Shown: piece by piece, positions 50,568-61,500 of the stretch | How the letters are laid out: each line of letters begins with the position of its first letter | How positions within the stretch are numbered: position 1 is the first letter of the stretch | Assembly (NCBI GenBank): GCA_032718475.1 | Contig: JAUCBJ010001674.1 | Coordinates: forward strand, 1-64,000 | DNA length: 64,000 nt | Direction of reading: 5' to 3' | Source: Nemertoderma westbladi | Lineage: Eukaryota > Animalia > Xenacoelomorpha | The notes under the pieces: generated by a model | What the model was told of the DNA's origin: nothing | Database searches by the model: none | The model's input: the letters and a program-made list of their open reading frames with translations, nothing else | Position numbers and translations under genes: made by a program

Positions 50568-52851
50568 AATAATAATAATAATAATACACAATTTCTTATT
50601 ATGCGCCTTTTTCGCAAGGTTCAAAGGCGCAGTAGTAAAAACAGTTAGAAAGTCAGTTGAAGGCCCTATTATATAAACATGTTTTGAGTTGAGATTTGAA
50701 TGATTCTAAATTTGTGCAAGTTCTTAAGCTAAGGGGGAGACTGTTGAAAATAACTGGGGCAGCATGTTTAAATGCACGGGAACCGACCGTCTTTAAGTTG
50801 TATCTTGGGACCGATAAAGTCCACAGTTGTTGGGTTCTAGTTGGGTTGTAGTTTGGAGTCAACAGTTCTAAAATGTAAGACGGGGCGAGACCATTAAGCG
50901 CCTTCCACGTCATGAGTGCAATCTTGTACTCGATACGGAAGGTGACCGGCAACCAGTGAAGAGTTCGTAATGTAGGAGTGATGTGAGACCGAACAGGTTG
51001 ACCGGAAATAAGGCGGGCGCAGCTATTAAGTGCGAGTTGTAGTCTGTTGAGGGACACAGTTGGTAGATTATACAGAAGACTGTTGTTTTGATCGATACGT
51101 GATATTATTAGAGCATTGACAAGCTTCTTCAGATTATCAGAAGACAAGTGTTCTTTTATTCGACGTATGTTCCTGAGGTGAAAGTTAATAGATGCTGTGA
51201 GAGTTTTAATGTGATCATGCATATTTAGCTGACTATCGAAGCGAACTCCAAGGGTTGTTACGGTGGATAGGGATTGAATTATCTTGCCGCCTAGAGAGAC
51301 TGAGAATTCTGATGCAAAGCTCAAGAAATCATTGCCGCGTCCAAGTAGTAGGATGTCTGTCTTGTCATCATTCAAGAACAGGTGAAGTTCATCGAGTTGC
51401 ACTTTGATGGCTTGGATGCAATTTGCTATCGAAGCTTTTAGTGCCAATGAGTCAAGGCAGTCGAAAATTATGAAGATCTGGTTGTCGTCAGCGTAGATGT
51501 GGTAGCCGACTTCAAGATGATCGCATGCTGTAGCAATGGGCAGACAGTATAGATAAGGTACAGGATTGCTCCAAGGACTGAGCCCTGGGGAACTCCACTC
51601 AAAAGGTTTACAACACGAGAAAGTTTCCCATTTATTGAAACTACGAATGATCTATCTGATAGGTATGACTTAAACCACTGATAGACAGTCCCGTCAATGC
51701 CGATATTACGAAGTGTGTCTAGTAATATGTTGTAATCGACAAGGTCGAAAGCAGCCGATTGATCTAAGAGAATGAGAGCTGCGAATTTACCACTATCAAT
51801 AGTTTCGAGTAAGTCACTTTGTAATCTGCACAATAGTGTTTCAACAGAGTGATATTTACGATAACCGGAGACAAACTTTGGAATAATATTATTCTTATCT
51901 AGGTAGTCAATCAGTTGGAGAGCAGCGTGTTTTTCAATGATCTTAGAAAGGAAAGATAAGTTTGAAACTGGTCTGTAGTTTTTCTTGTTTTGATGGTCGA
52001 GTTTAGCTTTCTTTAGTAGTGGACGGAGAATCGCTTGTTTACCATTGGATGGGAATTCACCGCGTTCAAGAGAAGTTGATGTTATTTTATGAACAATCGG
52101 AATCCATTGCTCTGGGACCTTTTTTAGGATTTCAGTTGGGATAGGATCGGAGGAACACGTTGTAGGTTTCATGTTACTAATAATCTGTTTGGTCTCCTGT
52201 GCCGTCGGGATAGTGAATTTTTCCCACTTCGAGTTAAAATCACTAGACGGATGATCTGGTACGGTGGGTGTTGCAGGTGCTGAGTCACGGAATTTATTTA
52301 CCTTTTCCTCAAAGAAATCGGCAAATTCATTGGCTAACATAGAATCATCCTCTGAATCTGGGAGACGCGGGGAGTTGGTTGAGAGAGATTTGACAAAGCT
52401 GAACAGTTCACTAGTGGAGTTCGTTGACAATTTCGAAGAGTAGAATTCTGAAGATATCTCTCCACATCTGGTATAATATTCTTTGCAACTATTTCTGTAT
52501 ACAGTTCGGTTCTCGCTGGTGCGATGTTTCCTGAAACGCCGCTCAAGTTTGCGCTTTTTATTCCGGAGTAGTTTCAACTCAGCAGTAAACCAAGGGGTAG
52601 AGGGTCTAGGTTTGAAAACGGTAGATTTTTCAGGAGAAATAATAGAGGCGATATTAGTTAGATGATCATTGTATTCACTACAAAGTTCAGTGACAGTTAA
52701 ACTGGGATCAAATGTAACATCCAGCATATCACGTAGAAGATCTAAGTTACATTTCTTCCAGGATCGATGCAACACTTTCGTTGACGGCTTTGTAGTATGG
52801 GACACCGGGCGCCGTAGGATATTCAAAGTGAAAGAGACAGGGTAATGGTCT
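50565..52851 (-). mobile_element. L2-clade LINE: end of the endonuclease, RT with one frameshift near 51540, 3' stem-loop and (TTA)n tail
   Basis: Motifs DHYPV, PWFT, KNYRPVSNLSFLSKIIEK, SGYRKYHSVET, LLDQSAAFDLVD, GVPQGSVLG, YADD (shifted frame, near 51490) and HITPTLRTLHWLPV. Hairpin TGCGCCTTT..AAAGGCGCA at 50602-50631; tail at 50565-50586. Confidence 0.93.
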
Positions 52852-54043
52852 TGTTCGCGCTTTCAGACCTTTGGCAGTTTAACCCGCCAAATTAGAATGT
52901 CTTCTAGATAATAAATCGCTTTTTAGCCTATGACAAGTATTTGATTCACTACACTAGTCGAAACCAATCTGTGCGCGATCATTCACCCGCTGGATATTCC
53001 CGGGAGATTGGGTTCGACGGTTTAATTTTATTGCTATGTAAGCCTAATGTATTATTCGACTGACAGTATTATATAATCTCTGACAATATTATTCACCTTC
53101 GGTAATATTAACAGTTCCTTTAGGACGTGGCGCTTTATCTATATAAACAGAGTTATGACTTAAACTACTCACAACGATATGGCTTAATTATAATTCACAT
53201 ATATGGCGCATTCTTTAGGAATGCTTCTTTAACAGACTCACTCATACACAATGCTGCACAATACTGCACACTAATCTGCCGATCTTCACTGATTTTAGTC
53301 ACATATAAAAGGAACACAGACTGACTCATGTAGGGTCTATCAAATAACATTAGATTCACTTCAAACCACTTTAACATAAGTCACAATCGTTTATCTGTAA
53401 CCTTTCTCTCTTACCTTCGGTATATCAAGAATATTGGGTGTCGGGGTTATTTCTCGTTATTCCAATATAATAATTCATCAACAAATATAATGAATAACCG
53501 ACAACAAATAGCAGTATGCAGTATTCACAAAGCCAGTTATTAAAGGCCGTGACTACGGTGTGTCAAATGCGAGTTAAATGCGAGGTGCAGTTAAAGGATA
53601 TATGTCCTTATAATTAAACCTACTAGTGTTGCGCTAAAAAGCAGAAAACATAAAACACTAAAAAGCCGTTCTTTCGTGGCTTTGAAAAACTCGTGACTAC
53701 TGCTCTATACGAGGATACCAACTCCCTTATTCCACGAAGCTCCCGTTCAACACAGAGAAAGAGCAGTGAGATAGGAAATTTTCAGTTCAGCAGCTCTGTG
53801 ATAGGTCAAAATCAAGGCTAACTCAAATTCTATTGGGAGATACAAAAACAAGGCTATGACGCAACCTCCCTAGGCTTGTTGGCCGATTAAACAGAGCCCA
53901 GATGCCTGCGTACAGCAAATCAGCCAATAAGCTGGTAACTTGCACTATTTTTAACTATAGATCACTTTGAGAGTATTCTTAGCGACTGGGGGGGAACTGG
54001 CCAACAAGGCAAACGAATCAGTTATCCCACAAAAGCTTTTACA
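52852..54043 (-). repeat. Probable 3' LTR (1192 bp) of the BEL/Pao element
   Basis: Minus strand reads TGTAAAAGCTTT...AAAGCGCGAACA, is preceded by purine-rich TGGGAGCGG (PPT-like), and begins exactly where LINE coding similarity stops. The second LTR is not in the window. Confidence 0.6.
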
Positions 54044-54121
54044 CCGCTCCCAGAAAATGGGATTTAAGTCTATAAAATATAACAAATCACAGTTTCTAAA
54101 ATATAAAAATACTCTAAACAG

Positions 54122-56950
54122 TTAGTCTTTCTTGCGCGGACGGCGTTTACGCAGTTTCTTGAGGCTAGCAAGAGTCCTTTTCTCTTTGGGGGGAAGCCAC
54201 TTTACTAGGAGGGCCATAACTCCTGGGTGAAGGGTGCAATATGATTGCATCAGAAGGTGTAGGATTATGGTCGAGGTATCTGCCGTTTCGATATGCTTCT
54301 CCTCGAGCTGATTTTCCTCCGCTCGTAGCTGGATACGTTCATCCAAAAACTCTCGCAGAGAATAGGATCGTCCAAGTTCGATAACTTCTTAGAGATTCTG
54401 GATTTCCCAATCGAATTGAGATAAGGCCAATTCGTTTATCGATTGGACTTACTGTTATAACTTACGTTTATATGAACAAACGCAGGTTTCTTTTTTGATC
54501 TTTATAGAATAGCGTTTAACTCGTTTCGTACAACGCTCTCCTTCACCTTGATGAGGGGTTGTATCGCGTTAAACGGGAACGACCATACGGTTGGATAGTG
54601 ATATTAGGTGTCCGCGTCACAATCCGGCTAGGTAAGATGGGCGGCTAGCTAGAAATCACTGTCGGAGTGTTACCGATTAATTGTTAGGGTAGCACTAGAT
54701 CTTTGAACAGTGAATACAGTCCGCGAGGTTCCGCGACACCACCAGGATCGCAGGTCTGAGGTCCAACTAAGGAATGAGGAGGTTTGACCGAGTATTCCGG
54801 GACTCTGATCGTAGGTTTACTCCAGGATCGTTCGAGCCGAGTGAGCATAGGTGATACGTCAACAAGTTTCGGTTTACGTGGATGTTTATGTCTTTCCGTT
54901 TATTAGTTGAGTCTAGGGCATTTATCGTAATAATACCAAAGACGCACGTCTGGTAGGGTAAACGCGGGTGATATTTATTTGTTGTTACAATGCTTCTATC
55001 AAGAATTCCAAATATACGTTGGAGTTACCGCGTCCATTTGTTTCTTTAGTGTCTTTTCTTTCGAGTCAATTTCGAATATAATTTTCGCATTCGAATTTCA
55101 GTTTATGGTTCCGACTCCGCTGGGCAGGATATATAGTCGACATAGTCTGTATTGTGTAAATCGATAGGATGACCAGTAGTTAAGAAGCCCATATACGTAC
55201 CATTACGCCGCGTATATCGAGCAGCGAATTTTCTATAGTCCAACTCGCGCGAGCTGCTCTTGGGACATTGGCGGTTCGATATAACGACCATCGTCCTCCG
55301 CAGCAGTTGGACTAACGTCGCCGCGTATTAAGCTATCAACAAACGCTTGTAAAAGTAGAGTATATCGCTCCCCGATACCAAGACCATCTTCTATCAACTC
55401 CGTCATATCTGCTATATATGAGTTTATCCATATTATAATGAGTCCACATTTAGGCGAGCGGGCGTCGCTGCCTACTAGTGTTGAGAACTGAATCAATTTT
55501 GACTAATTTCAGTTACAGTTACAGTTTCAGTATTCAAAGTTTTGCATTTCAGTTACAGTTTCAGTATTCAAAGTTTTGCATTTCAGTTACAGTTACAGTT
55601 TCAGTATTACAATGTGTAACATTTCAGTTACAGTTACAGTTTCAGTATTACAAAATTGAGCATTTCAGTTTCAGTTACAGTTTCAGTTATAGATTCAATA
55701 TATATGATCTCACGTAGTAAGCAGTCATCTGAAACTAAAAATGAGGCACTTTAATATATTACTGTTATATACGCTAATAATAATGTTCATTACGAAACGT
55801 CCTCTTTGTAGAGCTAATAGGTAGTTGTTGTAGGAAAGTTGGACCCACTCTATGGTAATATTTTGTAACTAATATACTGATAGTATGTAATGAAAGTGGC
55901 ACGTCACAAGACCACACTAAAGGCACCCACATTTTACTGTACATCTTGTTTCAGTGCTTGTACACTTATTGTTATCATTTATTGTTTTGGTTATAAAGCC
56001 ATGCTTCTGAATCCTGCTCATTTTCCTTAATTCGTAATTTGTTTTAGTAATCATATATTTATTGTTTTGGTTAGACCCACCTCGATAAGCTGCTCCTTTC
56101 ACTTTTAAGTTTAATTTTGTAATTTATAATGGTAAACTTGATCAAAATTTAATTTCCAGTGTGCCTCTAGTGTGATTGTGATATTAATAGTACCGGGTAA
56201 CATTAATAATTCATAATGTAAAATATATATCCGTTATTATCCCTCTACCATTAGGCCTAACTTTTCTTTGTTTATCTAAAACATTTACATTTAATATGAA
56301 GCAAAAGTGGTGATAAGGCTGATAATAGTCTAATAGTTGAGTCCGATGAACATAGACTATATGCTAGATCTTCGTTCACTACTTGACTCTCCAAATAAAT
56401 CACATTTGAGCTAAGTGGGCAATGGGTCTTTGATTTTATATTGTGTAATATTATGGTTTTGTTCAGAAGTGGGAAAAACGAGATTGTTTTTTCTTTATAA
56501 CAATGTTTTAAAAATGATACCTATGGTAACCACTGTTATTCATTTATTAAACTATACTCTATACGTTATTACAATGCTGTTTTAAATGCTTATTCATGTT
56601 AATTGTGTGATTGAGAACTGAATCGGATTTTGTTAATTTCAGTTTCAGTTTCAGTTACAGTATTCAAAATTCGTAATTACAGTTTCAGTTACAGTTACAG
56701 TATTCAAAGTTCGCAATTACAGTTACAGTTATAGTTACAGTATCAAAAAAATCATCAAAACCATTCAGTTACAGTTGCAGTTACAGTATAATTACAGTTA
56801 CAGTTCTCAACACTACTGCCTACCCCAATCAACCCCCGGACAGTACGAGATCCTCAGCGCCGATGTGTCGTCGCCGCTGTACTTTCGCCAACGACGTAGC
56901 CGCACAACGACAACGACAACCGGCACAAGTCACTCAACTGTCCGTCCCAA
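54122..56950 (-). pseudogene. Decayed extra ORF between the pol remnant and the PPT (env-position gene), split by a hAT MITE
   Basis: Coding-like fragments (55233-55470 and 54122-54346) with many stops; ends in a moderately hydrophobic stretch plus basic tail about 80 bp before the putative LTR. Confidence 0.3.
55476..56815. mobile_element. Non-autonomous hAT element (1340 bp)
   Basis: Perfect TIR TAGTGTTGAGAACTG / CAGTTCTCAACACTA; 8-bp TSD CTGCCTAC at 55468-55475 and 56816-56823; subterminal (CAGTTA/CAGTTT)n repeats. Confidence 0.95.
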
Positions 56951-58540
56951 AGGCTTAGATGTACTTCAGGTTTTCCTTGGAGAGTTAGGTTACTTTACGA
57001 TTGCGACTGGCTACTGTAAACACACCTTAGTAGTAACATTCGCCTATAAACTCACAAGTACCACACACACAACTTGTCACAAATTACACACACTCGGGTC
57101 ACTTGTCCGTTAGTCAATGCCTTCCAGAATGTCACTGTATTATTATGTATCCTTGGATACTATCAGTGCACTATTTATTCCCTATGCTATTCGATGGGAC
57201 AAGCTTTCTATTGTTCTTTTAACTCAATTCTAATTCTAGCGTGGTTGTTGCTATGGTGACATTATGTAAAGCTAGCGGTAGAATTAGGGTGATTCCAATG
57301 CATACAGATCTGGGATGTTATTTAATAGGAATTCTTTAATAGTCAATGTCCTGTTTATACATGACTTTACGAATTTTATCGGCTATTAACTATGTTTGGG
57401 AGACTTTCGTACACGCATACGCATAATAATATAAATCTCTGCTCCCTTGATCTATTAATTAATGGAATTTTGGGAATGTTATAAATTGCGTAAAAATGGC
57501 AATTTATTAAATTCATTAAAAGGCATGAATTTAAATTTATTCCCTGAAATTTTATTATTTGATAATTAAATGGACATATTTTGATTCTAGAACATGTCTA
57601 GGGACACAAGATCCTTAATTCTATGACAATTGTCTTTTTTAAGAATATCGGTAAATGCTACGATATCTTAATTGACTAGAATTGTTGAAGGATCTGAATT
57701 TTACAGATTTTGATTTATTAGATTTGCAAATATTAAATAATTAATATTTGAGATGGGCACCAATTTATTCCAGAACTTGTCTGGGGACGTTAACCACTGA
57801 TTCTAGAATTTGTCTTTCAAGTATATCGGTGGGTGCCGCGATATCTTAATCGACTAGAATTACAGATGGTCAAAGGGTTTAACAGATTTATTTTGCGTTA
57901 TACGCTACTGTTAAAGGGACATCACGCTACTATATGTATTATTTAATATACGGTATGAGAGCAATATCGCACGAAGCAATGTCAGTGTGAAGAGGCAAGT
58001 CGTTTCCAAGGTCTACCCAGAGCTTGGTTTAGCCGAGACACGAGGATCTGAACTTTGCATTCCTAATACTCTGCCTACCAATAATACTTAAATATAGTAG
58101 TGGCTTTATTGTACTTTAATAAGTACGGACATTTCATCTTACTGTAGTTACGTATTTATAATATAATACGGACAGTAAGGAAAGAGAAAAATAATTATTT
58201 CTCGCCGTTGCACTAAATATAATATAAGTAATTACGTACGTAATAAACACGAATATATATTGCACTAATCTACTAAATAATCGCTAAATTAACATTCTAC
58301 TAAATTAAATAAAACGATTATAATAAAATTACATAGTAATACATACATAAATATAAAAATAATAAAATAATATAAAATAATAGAGTCACACACCCACTCC
58401 ATATGTTATTACGTTATGGAGTCCCTAGATGTTTGAAGGATTAGGGAGGTGGTCGTGGGATGAGAATCTTGCCTTCCACAGTTTCCGGAGAGTCCTCCAT
58501 TCCCTTCCGGTAAACACAAACGACCGACTGGGTGATTGAG

Positions 58541-61500
58541 TCACTGCATCCTGAATACAATTCCAGGTTTCCTCTTCGTCCTGGAATAGTGACGATAGAA
58601 ACATTGCTCAAAGTATATGACGGCGTCACAAAGCCGATTCCAGGAGCTATAGTGGTCCGTCGCTCTCTGCAGGAGAGGTGAGAGTCCCTGCGAGACGTCT
58701 GATGTTCCAGAGCTCCAATCGCTCTCTCTGATCTTCATGAAGGATCCACTCGCGGTGGGGAGGTCCAGATCCACGGCGTCGTCCCTGGCAATATGTACTA
58801 CCGACAGATCTATCCCGGGTTCAAATAACTCCGCTCCACCCGTCCGGGTTTTAGGTTTAACTTTCTCCGCTCCCTTGGCTGGTCTAATCTCAGTCGGAGT
58901 AAGATGGGGAGGCCATTCATCCTCCTTACTCAGGAAGTCGGGTTCACCTAACCGGTCTGTAGTATCTGTCAGTTCTTGAGGAGTTGCTCCTCTGGAAGCG
59001 ATGTCAGTTGTATTCATCGTCTTGGGGCAATATCTCCATTGATCTACATTGGAGTTAAGATTGTCATTATCTGAGGAGTGTGGTGTTCCCTCAGTTGGGT
59101 CGTCTCCCTCACTATTATCATCTTCCCATTCACTTACCTGGCAGACGCGATCTTGAAGCAGTCTTTCCCTGAGCGTTCTACGGGAAGGTCCAGTAAGGTA
59201 CCAACCTACTCTAGTTCTTACCGCATAGGTCTGTAGTGGCTGCGGTTGAGCAGGCCGTTTCTCTAATGTCTCCAGCGCCTCATGCGCGTTTTGGCCGATG
59301 AGTATTTGCACTCCAGGATAATCAGTCTGGAATCGAGGTATGTTAAGATGTTGGATGCTCTCATCCTCGTCCCAATTATAAAGGTCTGCTTGTGTAGTAG
59401 CGAAGTTCTTTATAGCCACCATTTTCACTGACCTGATGCTATGTTCTCCTAGTTCGTCCTGGGGGGTGGACAACTCACCTATATAATAGTCGGCAGCTAC
59501 AGTAGAATTCCAAACCTGCATGATCCCTGACATGTTTAGCTTGGTTCGGAACTTGGGTTGTCCAGCAAAGATGACTTCGGCTAGTTCTTTATCGATGAAT
59601 GTTCCTGTGCTACCGGAGTCCAGGAGGGCGTTCACTATATAGCTCTTCTGAGGTCCGTGGACCCGTAACTGGACTACAGGAAATTCTCGGATTCCTATAT
59701 TGGAAGTTGGCGCTTTCCAAGATGGTTGTTGATCGGAAGTAGTTAAGGTAAGGTCGCTGTCTGTGTCTTTCTCATACACAAATGCTCGATACACTGCGGT
59801 GGTGTTTATTAGGTAACAGGATTCGTTTTGGTCGGAGAACTCGTCCGTATAGAATCCTTCCATCTCAGATTGATCAGTGTCGTTCACATCACTGAATTGG
59901 ACATGTAGTTCGGACTCACTTACCTGACTCGGGCTGTTTCGTTCGAATTCCGTGTGCAACAAGATATGATGTTTTGCGCCGCACTTTGCACACCTTGCGT
60001 CGGAGTTACAGGTTCGCCGTTGGTGTCCTCGTCTGAGGCAATTATAACACAACCGCTTATCCCACATGACTTCACGTCTATCCTTTAGTGATTTCCTCAG
60101 GAATTTATCACACGCATTTAAACGGTGGGGCCCGTCGCACAGCACACATTTGGGCTTGATGTTACTTACTTTAACATGTGCTGTGTGGTGCACACTTGTT
60201 CTTTCCTCGGGCTTTCTCACCTGAATTCTTTTAGGAGACGTAGGAGGGGTTTTTTGTACCGGTTCCCTTCTGTCATTGGGTCGAGACTTGGATTTACTTA
60301 CCTGATCTTTAGGCATTTTATTGACATAAGATCTGTCAGTGTCTTTCCCGCTGTCCTCTCCTTGAGAAGTTTGGCTTTCACCGTCGTCGGTATAACATAC
60401 TGGTGTTACCCTTCTCCTAGAAACGGGTTTCTCACTTACCTTACTTTCCGCTGTCTTCTCTCTGGACTGCTTTATGAGCTGTAATTTCACCTCGCTATCC
60501 AGGAATGACATGAGATCAGCCATGGTAGGGTCTCGTTGTTGTTGTTCCATCATATATAACACCTTCTTGTCCCAGCGTGTACCTACTCCACCCTTGGGCA
60601 AAGTAGATGCTAAGGCTCCTACAACCATAGAATTCTGGTATTCATGAGACTTACCTAACCAATCTAGTTGTCTACAGATCTCCTGAATCTCATCGGAAAA
60701 CTCTATAATCCCGCTGCTAAGAAACTTTCGGGGCGCCATTAATTTCGCATATAAATACCTAGCTATGTTAGTCCTATTACCATACCTGATGTTTAGTGTA
60801 TCCCAAACTTGTCTTAATCCGTCTGGATGTCCAATAAACTTTAACGCCATTAACTTGGGAGATCCTTCCAAGCACTCGATGAGGTATCTAAGTTTTTCTC
60901 CATTAGATAGTACAGAGTTCTGTATGTTATCTTTGTAATATTCATTAAAAGGTAACCATTTCATCTCATCTCCATTGAACTTGACGATCTCTCCAACCTT
61001 TACCGCTTGCCGGGCTTCGGTTCTAGCCATTTGACGCGTAAAACTTTCTTGGGCCATCGTGCTATTTAATATCGAGTTATCGGTATATAAATTTCTAGGA
61101 TTATGATCCGGTCTATAGGGAATATCACTATCAACAGGTCTATAATTACCCTTAATAGGGTTCACTATAGGAGTTTCTACTTCGCTAGCAGTATAGATGC
61201 GTGTAGGCTCCACACCTTGCGCATGAGATACTTCAGACCTAACGGGTTGACACATTGTTACAGAGGGTGGTGGTATACCTCTTTGAGTATTTACTAATTT
61301 ATCGCGCTCTAGCGCGATACTTTGCTGCACTTCTTGCAACTCTAGTCTACTTTCCCTTACTGTGCCCTTGAATTGCTGGACAGTCTCCTGCATCTGCCCG
61401 AGCAGGATATCCATCCCCCGCCGTCTCTCGTCCACCCATTCGACCGCCGAAGCGGGAGTCGCCAACGTTGTAGCGGGCGGATGAGGGACAACGGGCGACA

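Noticed and set aside
46562-50648. Long ORFs on both strands ([39 protein letters not shown]), one apparently fused to DLST sequence
   Set aside because: Artefacts of a 39-bp repeat. The DLST part is a spliced exon with its own acceptor at 46831-46832, and the biologically relevant frame of the monomer contains a stop.
53195-53377. KEAFLK in a short minus-strand ORF resembling DLST KEAFLKKH
   Set aside because: Flanking residues do not match DLST (no FNE or LGFMS), and it lies inside the putative LTR; chance match.
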